The position numbers and the translations under genes are program-made. From a virus (Duplodnaviria; Caudoviricetes): a stretch of DNA of 64,000 nucleotides. Location of the stretch: positions 87,713 through 151,712 of IMG/VR virus record IMGVR_UViG_3300035686_000002, one strand, 5' to 3'. The notes beneath the pieces are model-generated. The model ran no database searches and was not told the DNA's origin. It worked only from the letters and a program-made list of their open reading frames with translations. How positions within the stretch are numbered: the stretch's first letter is position 1; each line of letters begins with the position of its first letter. Shown here one piece after another: positions 1-9,654 of this stretch.

Positions 1-2
1 AA

Positions 3-1880
3 GCTGATACCCAAGCTAAAATCGCTGAAATTCGCAAACAGGCTTTTGACAAACGACTGGCGGATATTGAGCAAGACGGACAAGAACAACAGACAATTTT
101 AGAAGGACAGTTGGCACAGGGTCAGACAACAGAAGCCGAGTATGCCCAAAATCGTTATGACCAATCGCTTCAATCTTTAGATAATCAGTTAGTGCTTGTT
201 CGGGAACGCCGATCGCAAATATCGGCAACCGACATTGAGGGACAAGAGGCGCTGGCAACTCAAGAAGCCTCTCTGCAAAAACGCCGACAAGATGCGCTTT
301 CCCAGTTTTTAGAAACTCAATTGAGTTTACTAGATCGGGAAAATAAAAAGGCAACTGAACTGTTGGAACAGTCAGAACTCGATCGCAAGTTGATTGTTAA
401 ACAGGCGGCGCTTTCGGGAAGTGCTGACAAAGATGCTGCCGCAACCGCTGAAATCAAAGCAACACAACGCCGAATCCAACAGGAAATCGCATTAGAAGAA
501 CAGAAAAATGCAACGCTGCGATCGCTCCCGGCATTTTCCGATCCAGCAAAAGAAGCCGAGCGACAATCTAGAATTCGGGCATCGGTTAAACGGACAACTG
601 AACTCAGACTTCAATTACTAGATGAAGAAAAAAGGGCTTTTGATTTGCTGGTTGACCGCCAAATAAAAGCTATCCAGAATCAGGCTCGGGAACAAGAGCT
701 AGCTTCTGATGTGCAAGTGCGGGCGATCGAGCAACAGAGTAAGCAGTATGATTTGCTAAGTCGATCGCTTGAAAACCAAAACAAACTCCTGCAATCCCGT
801 GCCAGCTTAGCAAATGCTTTAAACGGGTACATTCAGGGCGAATATAAAATCTTGCAGGACAGCGCGGGTTCCGAAAGTGAACGCAAGCGACTGATCAAGG
901 AAGCCGCAGATGCCCAACTTGTAGCAATGCAGCAGCAGCAAACCGTCGCTCAAAAAAACCTCGACATCGAAATCAAGCAAGCTGAAATTGCTCAAAAACG
1001 TGCAGAATTTGAAGCAGAAATTGCAGAGATAAAAGCCCGAGCCGGGTCTGCCAAAGCCGATGCCGAAGTTCTTAAAGCTGAAGCAACATTGCAAAAAGTA
1101 CAGCGCGACCCCAACGCTAGCAATGCTGATGTTGAAGCCGCCCGATTGGATGTTGCTGCCGCCCGTGCTGGAGCCGAAGCTGCTGTTGCCGAAATTGCTG
1201 GGGCGATCGCGAACAAAGAAATGGTCGGGCGAAATGCAGAAGTTCTGAAGGCACAGAACGACCTGAAACGGGAAACACAATCGATTGAACAAGTTACTCA
1301 AGGACGAGCAGCACAGGCTCAGGCGATCGAGGCAATCGTAGACGAAAACGAGAAAAAACTGAGGCAGCGCCAACTAGCCGGACGATTGACACCGGAAGAA
1401 TCAGAACGGCTGGCGCGGATTCAACGAGAAAACCAGCAGCGCGAAGCTACTAGGCGGCAGAATGAAATCGAACGGGACACACTGCGGGGAGTCGTTACGC
1501 CTAATGGGGTGCGACGGGGAATTCAAGCTGCTGGTGCGAGATCGAGTTCGCTGTTGCAGGCAATAGAGCAAACAGCGGCAACACCGCCGAAAGTACCGGA
1601 ATTAAAAAACCTGGTGGCTCAAATGAACGCGCAGCGACAACAGATTTCAGCTATCAAGCCGGAGGTTAACCCGCTGATCCGATTACAAGAAGAAAGCACA
1701 AAATACCAGAAAGAGATACTTGGAGTTCTCAAACAACTCAACGGAAAACCGACACCCGCGCCGACAACTCCTGTAACTAATAATTTCAACACCAACGCCC
1801 AAGTCGGTTTGTCCGAATCTCAAATGCTGGGAGTTTTTGGTCAGGTAAGCCAACAGGTGTCGCGGATGGTGGGGCGCTAG
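3..1880 (+). CDS. C-terminal part of a tape-measure-like coiled-coil protein (5' end lies outside the window)
   Basis: The frame is open from position 3 through ORF 111..1880. The protein is a long Ala/Gln/Glu-rich helical sequence ending in a PTPAPTT..VTNNFN tail, typical of tape measure C-termini. Tail genes follow. Confidence 0.6.
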   Translation, partial: ADTQAKIAEIRKQAFDKRLADIEQDGQEQQTILEGQLAQGQTTEAEYAQNRYDQSLQSLDNQLVLVRERRSQISATDIEGQEALATQEASLQKRRQDALSQFLETQLSLLDRENKKATELLEQSELDRKLIVKQAALSGSADKDAAATAEIKATQRRIQQEIALEEQKNATLRSLPAFSDPAKEAERQSRIRASVKRTTELRLQLLDEEKRAFDLLVDRQIKAIQNQAREQELASDVQVRAIEQQSKQYDLLSRSLENQNKLLQSRASLANALNGYIQGEYKILQDSAGSESERKRLIKEAADAQLVAMQQQQTVAQKNLDIEIKQAEIAQKRAEFEAEIAEIKARAGSAKADAEVLKAEATLQKVQRDPNASNADVEAARLDVAAARAGAEAAVAEIAGAIANKEMVGRNAEVLKAQNDLKRETQSIEQVTQGRAAQAQAIEAIVDENEKKLRQRQLAGRLTPEESERLARIQRENQQREATRRQNEIERDTLRGVVTPNGVRRGIQAAGARSSSLLQAIEQTAATPPKVPELKNLVAQMNAQRQQISAIKPEVNPLIRLQEESTKYQKEILGVLKQLNGKPTPAPTTPVTNNFNTNAQVGLSESQMLGVFGQVSQQVSRMVGR

Positions 1881-1882
1881 AA

Positions 1883-2072
1883 GCGAGAGATAATTGGCAT
1901 AGACTATAGATGAGTTTGTTACTCAATTTTTTATGTTTTATAATATTCTTGCGTGACAAACTCATCTATTATATTTCTTGCTCTGCCTGTATCCTGTTTG
2001 TAGAGGTTGCTTTAGTTTTGAAAATAAGAATTAAAACAGCCTCAACAAGTGGAATAGATAAATTGCTCTCGC
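1883..2072 (+). repeat. Dispersed ~190-bp element, copy 1 (complete)
   Basis: GCGAGAG..ATAGATGAGTTTGTTACTCA..TATAAT..GTGACAAACTCATCTAT..TGTAGAGGTTG..CAGCCTCAACA..CTCTCGC; begins 2 bp after the stop of the tape-measure-like gene. Confidence 0.95.
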
Positions 2073-2105
2073 ATCAAAATCGTGTCAACACTCAGAGACA
2101 AGCGG

Positions 2106-2250
2106 GCGAATAAAAACTCTCTGGTGTCTCTATAGTTGAGTCCGTCACGCAGATAAATCTATTACTATAGATCGTTTGATTGACAAACTCCACTATTCTA
2201 ACCTCGTCTCTATAATATTTCTCACTGCTCAGGCTGTTCAAACCGATTAA
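2106..2250 (+). repeat. Dispersed element, copy 2 (degenerate, in tandem with copy 1)
   Basis: ATAGTTGAGTCCGTCACGCA..TGATTGACAAACTCCACTATT..CTGCTCAGGCTG, with the same spacing as the other copies. Confidence 0.75.
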
Positions 2251-2331
2251 CGAACACAACAAGAGAAACAAGCATCCTATTTCTACTTTTGCGCCGATCG
2301 CACCGACGCAACAGCAGCAAAAAATAGGCTG

Positions 2332-2655
2332 TTAGTACCAGTCTCTTCCTCGGCATTCTTTTATTTTTCTTTCTGTTGGGATATAGAAATCAGTAGATTC
2401 CAATTCTTCCGACTCTCCCGGAGTTTGAGATTCAATCGTGTTAAACGTAGGGTGAAATATTGTCAAATAGAGAAACTCTTCTTCTTCACTTGTTATTCTG
2501 AAATTGCAACCTGCTTTAAGGTATGCCCAACAAATTCCAAGTTGCTCTTGAGCAGCAGGGGTATCTCTATCCATCCATTTGTCAACTTGAACAATCCCTT
2601 GCTCGCACAAGGCAATCAATCTTTTTCTAATATTATCCTTTTGTTGATTATCCAT
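2332..2655 (-). CDS. Hypothetical phage protein
   Basis: 107-aa ORF lying 6 bp downstream of 2662..3009. Confidence 0.7.
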   Translation of the reverse strand: MDNQQKDNIRKRLIALCEQGIVQVDKWMDRDTPAAQEQLGICWAYLKAGCNFRITSEEEEFLYLTIFHPTFNTIESQTPGESEELESTDFYIPTERKIKECRGRDWY

Positions 2656-2661
2656 TCTTGC

Positions 2662-3009
2662 CTACCTTTGGTTGAAATGTACTATATCGCGCTTAAGCTG
2701 TTGCAAGCTATCTTCAAAAGTTGCCATTCTCGTTTCAAGTATGGCAACACGCTGGTCTACTTGATTATTAGTTCGATCCTTTATCAAACTTATATCCACT
2801 AAGGCTTTGCCTTGGGTATACGAACGGGACGATATACCATCCCTAGCACATATGCCATCATTAACAGCCAACTCTTGAATAAGCCGCCGGACTACTTGAT
2901 GCGGTGATTCGCCGTCTATAGCTTGTGCCTTGATCCACTCATATAACAATGGATGCACCCGAAAGCCGATTGTAGGTGAATCATTATCTATTGATTTTTT
3001 TTCACTCAT
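2662..3009 (-). CDS. Putative ribbon-helix-helix DNA-binding protein with C-terminal coiled coil
   Basis: TIGFRVHPLLYEWIKAQA..GESPHQVVRRLI has a beta-alpha-alpha pattern; heptad repeats follow. Confidence 0.55.
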   Translation of the reverse strand: MSEKKSIDNDSPTIGFRVHPLLYEWIKAQAIDGESPHQVVRRLIQELAVNDGICARDGISSRSYTQGKALVDISLIKDRTNNQVDQRVAILETRMATFEDSLQQLKRDIVHFNQR

Positions 3010-3164
3010 AAGTTTTGACTGGAGCTAATAACTTTACTTATGCTAACACAAATCGCAAACATTGTTTACGTCAACTTACAATAATGTGCCAGTTTTCTTA
3101 AAGTTATACCCTGACTACGTTTCAGTTGTGTGCCAATTTATTTTAAAATTTGTTTGCAAAATGT

Positions 3165-3193
3165 TGACAAACTGCAAACATACTGCTAACGTA
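3165..3193 (+). promoter_or_regulatory. Sigma70-type promoter overlapped by repeated GCAAAC/GTAAAC boxes
   Basis: TTGACA-N17-TAACGT upstream of the ATG at 3263. Confidence 0.55.
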
Positions 3194-3262
3194 GTAAACA
3201 TAAGGCAAACGGAACCAACGCAAACCGCATTGCCCCTCACTTCACGCAAAAGTAAAAACAAA

Positions 3263-3586
3263 ATGATCGACGCAATGATGATTCAATTGGCTCTTCAAGG
3301 AATGCAAACAGCTAAGACTGCAAATTTCGACACAGCAATCGGTGAACAGCAACGGATGGGCTGGTGGTGGAAAAGCTACATTGCTAACCGTCATTGTATG
3401 GAAGTAATGGTCTACCTCGATAAAACCTCGCCAACCGGATTCATGTTAGAGGTCGATTACATTGATGAGGACGCGGTGACAATCCTCAATAAGCCCCTCG
3501 CTACTTTTGAGGAATTCCAAGAACTCTTTACTAATAAAAAATTCCTTGCAACCGCATTCAGAGCTTGGAAGAAAGAAAAAAAATAA
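3263..3586 (+). CDS. Hypothetical protein (start moved to the ATG at 3263)
   Basis: The ATG follows the promoter and an A-rich leader; the upstream part of ORF 3062 is promoter DNA. Confidence 0.65.
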   Translation: MIDAMMIQLALQGMQTAKTANFDTAIGEQQRMGWWWKSYIANRHCMEVMVYLDKTSPTGFMLEVDYIDEDAVTILNKPLATFEEFQELFTNKKFLATAFRAWKKEKK

Positions 3587-3682
3587 CCACTCTGCCCCTC
3601 GCCTAGGGCGCACCCGCGCCCATCCATCTACTCCACTTGCCTCACTTCAAAGACTCACTTCACTACACCACAGGAAAATACC

Positions 3683-4267
3683 ATGCAATTACTCAACACC
3701 AAATTCAACCAAATCGCTACAGCAATCGAAGCGACTAACGCCCAGATTGCAGCCTTACAAGCCAAGCTTTCGGAACTTCAAGAACATCAACAGCAACTAC
3801 TCTCAGTCGAGCAAGCTTGCCAGTCCGCACTCGCCCAAGTTGGCACTGCACTTTCAATGCTCAACCACGTAGACCCCGCCGAAATCCCTACATTCAAGGC
3901 AGCGGTTGACGCACAATTTGGAACCGACGCGATTGGATTCTTGGAACCCGCCACACCTGCACCAGAGGAAACAGTCGAACCAATCGAACCAGAACCGACA
4001 CCACCGGAATCATCAACCACAGCAGAAATTAAGTCAGCGATTGAAGTAGAAGCGACTGTCACAGATACACCCACCACTGACGAGTTGATTGAGTCAACAC
4101 CCACACCATCGGCAAAAATTGAATTACTACTCGGTAAAATGTCTCTCGCCGACATCCGGAAGCTCGCCAAAAACAAAAAGGTAAACGCACGGGGAAACCT
4201 GCTTACTATCGCAGCGAGGTTAAAAGCAATCGTCACAGAGTCCGATATCTGGGATGCTACGACATAA
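3683..4267 (+). CDS. Coiled-coil, Pro/Thr-linker protein with C-terminal SAP/Rho-N-like domain
   Basis: N-terminal heptads, a PEPEPTP linker, then MSLADIRKLAKNKKVNARGNLLTIAARL. Confidence 0.6.
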   Translation: MQLLNTKFNQIATAIEATNAQIAALQAKLSELQEHQQQLLSVEQACQSALAQVGTALSMLNHVDPAEIPTFKAAVDAQFGTDAIGFLEPATPAPEETVEPIEPEPTPPESSTTAEIKSAIEVEATVTDTPTTDELIESTPTPSAKIELLLGKMSLADIRKLAKNKKVNARGNLLTIAARLKAIVTESDIWDATT

Positions 4268-4365
4268 CTTCTAATTCTATTGCTTCGCTGACTCTCTTAG
4301 GCGAGGCAATAGCAAGTGGTATATCAGTTCTTCCAAGCCTATAAACCTTTATTTAGGACAAAGCA

Positions 4366-4656
4366 ATGACAGAAATACCTAATGTTTATTTTAGTGACAA
4401 TCTATTACAAATGGTCGGCAAAAAGTTTCTTAAAGAAATAAGTACAGACGATGCCACGAGAATCTTAGAAATCTTAAAGAAACACGGAGATGAAAATTTA
4501 ATCGACAAATGGGTCTCTGTCAATATAGTTGCTGGAACAGCAAGAGGACGTGCTGCAATGAATCAATTAGAAAAAGAGTATCGAGAAAAAGTTAACAGGA
4601 AGGGGAAGACGAGCGGCGATTGCCTTGAGCCTCCCGGCGATCATGACACAAACTGA
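4366..4656 (+). CDS. Hypothetical protein (frame continues past the TGA to 4710)
   Basis: AGGA RBS; 96-aa ORF; a hairpin terminator lies at about 4702-4740. Confidence 0.6.
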   Translation: MTEIPNVYFSDNLLQMVGKKFLKEISTDDATRILEILKKHGDENLIDKWVSVNIVAGTARGRAAMNQLEKEYREKVNRKGKTSGDCLEPPGDHDTN

Positions 4657-4818
4657 TATTTGGAAAGCTACGACATAGACTTAGTGACTAAAATGAGAAA
4701 AATACGGTAGAAACACAGCACTTTGTTTCTACCGCATTTTTACAGCAGGTTTAGCAATATTCTCAAACTTCAACTTGCTTAGTGACAAGCCTGAGAAACT
4801 CGGATCTTCAGATTTAAA

Positions 4819-5008
4819 GCGAGAGCTGATCGATATGGGCTTATAGATGAGTCTGTCACTCAGTTTTTTATATTCTATATACTTTTTGATTGACAGACTC
4901 ATCTATTGTTTCTTCGATTATATCTACGTCTTGACTGTAGAGACTGTTTAATTTTTAAAAAAGAAATCTAACCAATCTCAACAACTGGAATGGATAAATT
5001 GCTCTCGC
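4819..5008 (+). repeat. Dispersed element, copy 3 (complete)
   Basis: GCGAGAG..ATAGATGAGTCTGTCACTCA..TGATTGACAGACTCATCTAT..CTCTCGC. Confidence 0.95.
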
Positions 5009-5089
5009 ATCTAAAGCCTGCTGATTGAAAATTTGACATGAATGGTTTATATTTATTAAACTCCAAGAACTCAAAGAAAACAGAAAAAC

Positions 5090-5425
5090 ATGGCTAACAT
5101 AACAACAGGGGAAACTAAATTTCAGAAAAGAACTATCGCCCTTGCCTGCGCTGAACAACGGGTGACAGTAGAATTAACAATAGAACGAAAAGCCCTCAAT
5201 CATGAATATTTGGATTTTGTCGAAGCTTGCAAAGAAAAGTCAAGGGCTAAACCAGGAAAAGTAATTATAGCTGGTGACGACGGTGTTAGTGTCATTACAG
5301 TGAACGGTCAAACTTGGTATATGAGAGTTGATCGAGTTAAAAGACTTTGGTTTGCCTCTAATGGCTTAGTTGAAGCCAAACCGAAAACCACTAGACGCGC
5401 TCTAGTTCAATCTTTACTCATTTAA
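5090..5425 (+). CDS. Hypothetical protein
   Basis: 111-aa ORF with TTGACA at about 5033 upstream and a terminator (CCCC..GGGG-T-run) at about 5457-5480. Confidence 0.7.
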   Translation: MANITTGETKFQKRTIALACAEQRVTVELTIERKALNHEYLDFVEACKEKSRAKPGKVIIAGDDGVSVITVNGQTWYMRVDRVKRLWFASNGLVEAKPKTTRRALVQSLLI

Positions 5426-5621
5426 TTGCTGAAAAACCAACCGATTAACCGAAACTTGCCCCCAAGCCGGGGGTTTTTATTGCAATACTGTTTAGTGGCT
5501 AAAGCATTAGACTGAGAACAAACAAAGCGCCAAGTTTCTGTTCAAAAAGTATTACACAATATTTCGCGATAAAATAACCCAATTGTGTTAATATGTTAGT
5601 ATTGCTTTTCTGACAAAAAAC

Positions 5622-5840
5622 GTGAATTTTTTTTTAAAGCTGTTCCAGCCTAAAACATCTAATCCTGACAAATGCACAAAAGAATCAACAGACCCAACAG
5701 AATCAAAAGAATCAGTTGAAAATAATTCGGATCTCAATGCTGATTCAACTATTTCTCACTATTCTGTCAGCCCTGGTGCAGAATCAATTAGTCAAGTAAC
5801 ACTTGATTACCGAGGTCGCGCTAAATTGCACGGACAATAA
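5622..5840 (+). CDS. Hypothetical protein, possibly nonsense-truncated
   Basis: 72-aa ORF; the same frame stays open for about 60 codons after the TAA. Confidence 0.45.
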   Translation: MNFFLKLFQPKTSNPDKCTKESTDPTESKESVENNSDLNADSTISHYSVSPGAESISQVTLDYRGRAKLHGQ

Positions 5841-5981
5841 AAATCCGTGCCTGTACTTTTTAATGCACCCGCCTCTGGTTTGATACTGAAATCAATCGTA
5901 ACCAAAGTTACGAGCGCGGGTGTATTTCGTCAAGTCAGCCAGCGGGTGACACAAACGGTTAAATACAAACCAAAGGTTATG

Positions 5982-6452
5982 CTATTTTATTTTTCTCTGC
6001 ATTCGTCCAAAAGGAAAACATGAGTCTAGGATTGCTTCTAGTGGCTCGCAATCAGAGACGGGAATATATTTTGGGAAACGACGATGTAAGATAGCTTCAT
6101 TTTCACCTGTTTCATCCCAAGACCTTTGTTCTACAAAAACAATTTTGTCTAGCCGATCAGATTCTAAATTGAAAAACCTAACAGCAGCATTGCTAGCGCA
6201 AAAACCAAGTGCGTCAATAATATCTCCGACATTATATTTTGTCCACGATAAGTCTACTGTGGGTATTTTGTCATACAAGTAAACCACAGGACTTGTATAA
6301 TTCCACATCCGCTGTTCAACAAAAACAATCTTGTATGACTGTTCTATCTCGAAATCGTAAAAATTAACAATGTCAGTACGATTACATTTAATAAGTGTAT
6401 TGATTAATTGTTCGACATTTAAACCTGTAGTATATTGTTTGATTACTGACAT
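5982..6452 (-). CDS. Hypothetical protein with an internal domain duplication
   Basis: Two copies of xNVxxxIxxL..xxVxFxx..KIVFVEQRxW; paralogous to 32287..32604. Confidence 0.75.
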   Translation of the reverse strand: MSVIKQYTTGLNVEQLINTLIKCNRTDIVNFYDFEIEQSYKIVFVEQRMWNYTSPVVYLYDKIPTVDLSWTKYNVGDIIDALGFCASNAAVRFFNLESDRLDKIVFVEQRSWDETGENEAILHRRFPKYIPVSDCEPLEAILDSCFPFGRMQRKIK

Positions 6453-6465
6453 TTATTAATGACTC

Positions 6466-6819
6466 CTAAAATGAAATATGTGCCTTTTGACCTTTTTGTT
6501 GAAGTTGATTAATTTCCCCAAGTTCGATTGGTCGATCTAATACCTTCCCGTAATACCGCAAAATTATAGAAAGCGCAGTATTTGGAACCCAAGTCAGAGA
6601 AAAGGTACTAGGCTCGAATCCCTTGTCTGAGAGCGCTTGGGATAGTCTATTGTCGCTTCTAAATACTTCCGTAAAATAAACACCTGCCAAACGTGATACC
6701 CTTTCAATTGACAAAAACACTTTTCCAGTGCTATCAACTCGAAATTCATTACAGATTTCATCTGGAATGCGTATAACTGGCATCATAGACCTAAAAGTAT
6801 ATTTGTCAATCTCTAACAC
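6466..6819 (-). CDS. Antirepressor-like DNA-binding protein
   Basis: EFRVDSTGKVFLSIERVSRLAGV resembles the N-termini of 29661 and 60280. Confidence 0.5.
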   Translation of the reverse strand: MLEIDKYTFRSMMPVIRIPDEICNEFRVDSTGKVFLSIERVSRLAGVYFTEVFRSDNRLSQALSDKGFEPSTFSLTWVPNTALSIILRYYGKVLDRPIELGEINQLQQKGQKAHISF

Positions 6820-7135
6820 TCTATTGTTGTCCTAAGTTTTTATATTTTTAAGAAGAGTCAGTCAATACCTATTACATTATAACTATTTTAAATTAAAAAT
6901 AATCAAAATCCACTAAATTTATAAATAATAAACCCCTACACTCCTAATTTTGGTCACTAATAGGTTTAATGTCAAGACATCTACGGGCATCTTTAAAGCG
7001 CAAGTGTGGGCGTGCTTAATTGAGTTAGCTAACAAGTTTTGCGGATGACAGAGTGGTGAACCGAGAGTAATTATACATGAAAACTTCAGCTTGCTTGCTA
7101 ACAAGTCTAGACGATTTCGGTTTTTAAATTTAAAA

Positions 7136-7326
7136 GCGAGAAGTATTTGGGCTGTTATAATAGATGAGCTTGTCACTCAGTTTTCTATATTCTATAATCT
7201 TTTTGCGTGACAAACTCATCTATTATACCTTCGACTATATCTACGCTTTGGTTGTAGGGTTTGCTTTAGTTTTGCACAAGAAGATCACACCAGTCTCAGC
7301 AAGTAGAATAACTAATTTGCTCTCGC
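7136..7326 (+). repeat. Dispersed element, copy 4 (complete)
   Basis: GCGAGAA..ATAGATGAGCTTGTCACTCA..TATAAT..GTGACAAACTCATCTAT..CTCTCGC. Confidence 0.95.
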
Positions 7327-7360
7327 CTCAAAACCTGATTGTCACACAAATGTTGAAACG

Positions 7361-7768
7361 TTAAAACTGAGAGCAAGCAAATCGCCAAATTGCTGCTGCT
7401 ACTGTATCCTTTGCGGGAATAGCAGGGGTTCTGTCTGCACGACTCAAGGGAATCTGTCGAGTTGGAGAACCTTGGGCATCCACGACCTCGACTCCCTGCA
7501 ATGCTAGCGTCCCTTTGAAACAGTCGGCTTGGTATCGGACGCCCCTTAGCAGTATTCCATCAGAAGAGACTGTGACAGTGCGAAAGGTGTTTTTCTTGAC
7601 ACCTGTATCGAACAATCGCATCTGAGACGCAAGATCCATGAAGATTTGGTCGCCAGTTTCGATAGTGGTTACTCTTACCCATTGCTGAGGTGCGCTCTGA
7701 GCTTGAATTGTTGCTGCGACAGCGAGGCTCAATACTGAGAGTGCGATTGTTTTGATTAATTTGTTCAT
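7361..7768 (-). CDS. Secreted/periplasmic protein (surface-adhesin-E-like)
   Basis: Signal peptide MNKLIKTIALSVLSLAVAATIQA; WVRV..IFMD..YQADC..C pattern. Confidence 0.6.
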   Translation of the reverse strand: MNKLIKTIALSVLSLAVAATIQAQSAPQQWVRVTTIETGDQIFMDLASQMRLFDTGVKKNTFRTVTVSSDGILLRGVRYQADCFKGTLALQGVEVVDAQGSPTRQIPLSRADRTPAIPAKDTVAAAIWRFACSQF

Positions 7769-7803
7769 TTTATATATTGGTTTAATACGGGATTAATTGA
7801 ATC

Positions 7804-7841
7804 TCTCAACAGTCTGAGAGGAAACTTCCAGACTGTTGAGA
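7804..7841. terminator. 13-bp inverted repeat just past the stop of the KilA-N gene
   Basis: TCTCAACAGTCTG..CAGACTGTTGAGA. Confidence 0.55.
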
Positions 7842-7847
7842 AATTGA

Positions 7848-8309
7848 CTACCTACTGTACAATTCGTCAATATCGTCGCGATTAAATTTTAAGCCACGCT
7901 CAATTTCGTCCTGAGTCCATTTTAAAACGTGAGGGTTGACAGTGCCGATTGTCATCAGTTCGTAAATCCAAACATTGACATCTGCCTGAAACTCAGGATT
8001 ACTCATTGCATAGCTCATTGCTAGCGCTGGGTGTATCCACATTTTCTGTCCACGTCCAGGAATAAAATCGATCAAGGGCGTTTGATTTTGTGTACGGGAA
8101 TCCCCGTAGTCAACTGGAAGCCTTAAGTTCTCAGCAAGCCGAGCGATGAGTCTGGTTGCAAATTTTGTCCTACGCCAATCTGAAAATGTTTGATTTAGGC
8201 AGGCTGTCATGTCTGTGGCACAAAAATATCCGTCTTTACCCCGGATTTCAATTTTTCGCCCGTTGTACTCTGGAAATTGGTCAAACCACGATATCATTAA
8301 TTTAGACAT
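7848..8309 (-). CDS. KilA-N domain DNA-binding protein
   Basis: IEIRGKDGYFCATDM..FSDWRRTK..MWIHPALAMSYA are KilA-N hallmarks. Confidence 0.85.
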   Translation of the reverse strand: MSKLMISWFDQFPEYNGRKIEIRGKDGYFCATDMTACLNQTFSDWRRTKFATRLIARLAENLRLPVDYGDSRTQNQTPLIDFIPGRGQKMWIHPALAMSYAMSNPEFQADVNVWIYELMTIGTVNPHVLKWTQDEIERGLKFNRDDIDELYSR

Positions 8310-8457
8310 TGGCTCTCCGTCTTAGAGTCGAGTGTTTAGTTAGGGTGATCGCGCCAAACGATCTTCCTAACGCTATTTTATCAAAACGCAAAAATATAAT
8401 CTATAAGTTTTACACAAGATCATAAAACAGGGAGATAACTGGCTCAATAGTCTAAAT

Positions 8458-9654
8458 ATGAATGTTCAAACACAGCAACAATTTATCTTTCAATTAACGC
8501 AACTTATCAAAAGCGAAGAAGCCTATGGCTCTGGCGTTGAATTACTCACGTATAAAATTGAAAACAATAACGATATTGAGGGAAAGTTTAGAGATAGCTG
8601 GAATAGTCGAATATTCAGCTTCTTAATCAATCGCGATCGACTTGGCTACAAACCTGCAATCAATCTTGACAGTTCTCACGGCGCAGATTCAGTACAGCTA
8701 GCACGACACTTTGATACATTTGTTGTGGGGTATTTGAAAGGTTTCCGAATAGACGCGAAAAAGACTGGTGCAAAACGCACAGAAAAGTCTAGATGTACTC
8801 ACATTAGTTATAACTGTGGAACCGCGTGTATACCACTGTTGAATAATTGCTGGATTGATGGCACTGAGAAAAGAGTTAAGGCGGCTGGCGATCCGACAAA
8901 AAACATTATTCAAGAAAGAATCGACAAAATTAGAAAGTTAGCCGATTTATTAAAATCACAACCAGAGAATCGAGCTTGGGCAAAAAATAGAACACCAGAA
9001 AAGTTAGAGGCAAAAGCACAGTATTTGGAAGAAGTCAACAATAAAACAGTTGTTAAATCTAACGTGGGGGTGCATGAAATTATCCCTTATTTGGCAAAAC
9101 CAGGAAGAAGTAATTATAGAATTCCTGAAACTATTGAGACTATTAGTAAATTAACGGGAATGACAAATGATGAATCAATGGAATCTGCTAAAGCTGTTTG
9201 GTCTTTCACTGAGTCTAAATACGAAGATATCAGAAAATCTGAGTACGCCGGAATTGTTACTCCTCAAATTGCGGCAATTAATCGATATCTTGATAAAATG
9301 CCGAAATTTCCAGGTAAAATCCTCAGAGGCAAAAAATTCAAGACCCAACAACTTCTTGATGATTTTATAGAAAAAATGCAAAATGGTTATACCTACGATC
9401 TACCAGCTATGTCAAGTTTTAGTTCGTCGGAAAAATCACCAAAGTATTTTGCCACAAACGTCTCTTTTCAACCTTCTGTTATTTTTGAAATAGCGAACAA
9501 CAAGTCTGGTGTCACGGTAAAAAACATTTCAAATTCCCAACACGAAGATGAAGTCTTAGTAAAAAAGGGAACTCAGTATAAACTTGCTGGATCGATTCGA
9601 TACACGGAACATGAAGGGAAGAAAATAACAGTCATTCCGTTGGAAGAATATTAG
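8458..9654 (+). CDS. ADP-ribosyltransferase (VIP2/C3-like, R-S-E class) with Cys-cluster N-terminal region
   Basis: ILRG, SSFSSS and EDEVL catalytic motifs; RIDAKK..RCTHISYNCGTACIPLLNNC upstream. Confidence 0.85.
   Translation: MNVQTQQQFIFQLTQLIKSEEAYGSGVELLTYKIENNNDIEGKFRDSWNSRIFSFLINRDRLGYKPAINLDSSHGADSVQLARHFDTFVVGYLKGFRIDAKKTGAKRTEKSRCTHISYNCGTACIPLLNNCWIDGTEKRVKAAGDPTKNIIQERIDKIRKLADLLKSQPENRAWAKNRTPEKLEAKAQYLEEVNNKTVVKSNVGVHEIIPYLAKPGRSNYRIPETIETISKLTGMTNDESMESAKAVWSFTESKYEDIRKSEYAGIVTPQIAAINRYLDKMPKFPGKILRGKKFKTQQLLDDFIEKMQNGYTYDLPAMSSFSSSEKSPKYFATNVSFQPSVIFEIANNKSGVTVKNISNSQHEDEVLVKKGTQYKLAGSIRYTEHEGKKITVIPLEEY

Noticed and set aside
819-1373. Antisense and nested ORFs from the track (for example 16..354, 819..1373, 3787..4236, 15669..16091, 50184..50732, 61617..61952)
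   Set aside because: They overlap better-supported genes on the other strand or frame and have no recognisable motifs.
1910-2113. ORFs MSLSLSFLYSII.. inside the dispersed element (1910, 7164, 29213, 46681) as a small-protein or toxin family
   Set aside because: Copies 5 and 11 have a stop within about 10 codons, copy 3 stops at codon 35, and several copies lack the ATG. Conservation follows DNA symmetry, not codons.
4808-5020. Dispersed element as an ordinary MITE
   Set aside because: It has imperfect terminal inverted repeats, but 11 of 11 copies share one orientation, no target duplications are evident, and the internal palindrome is better conserved than the ends. Disfavoured, not excluded.
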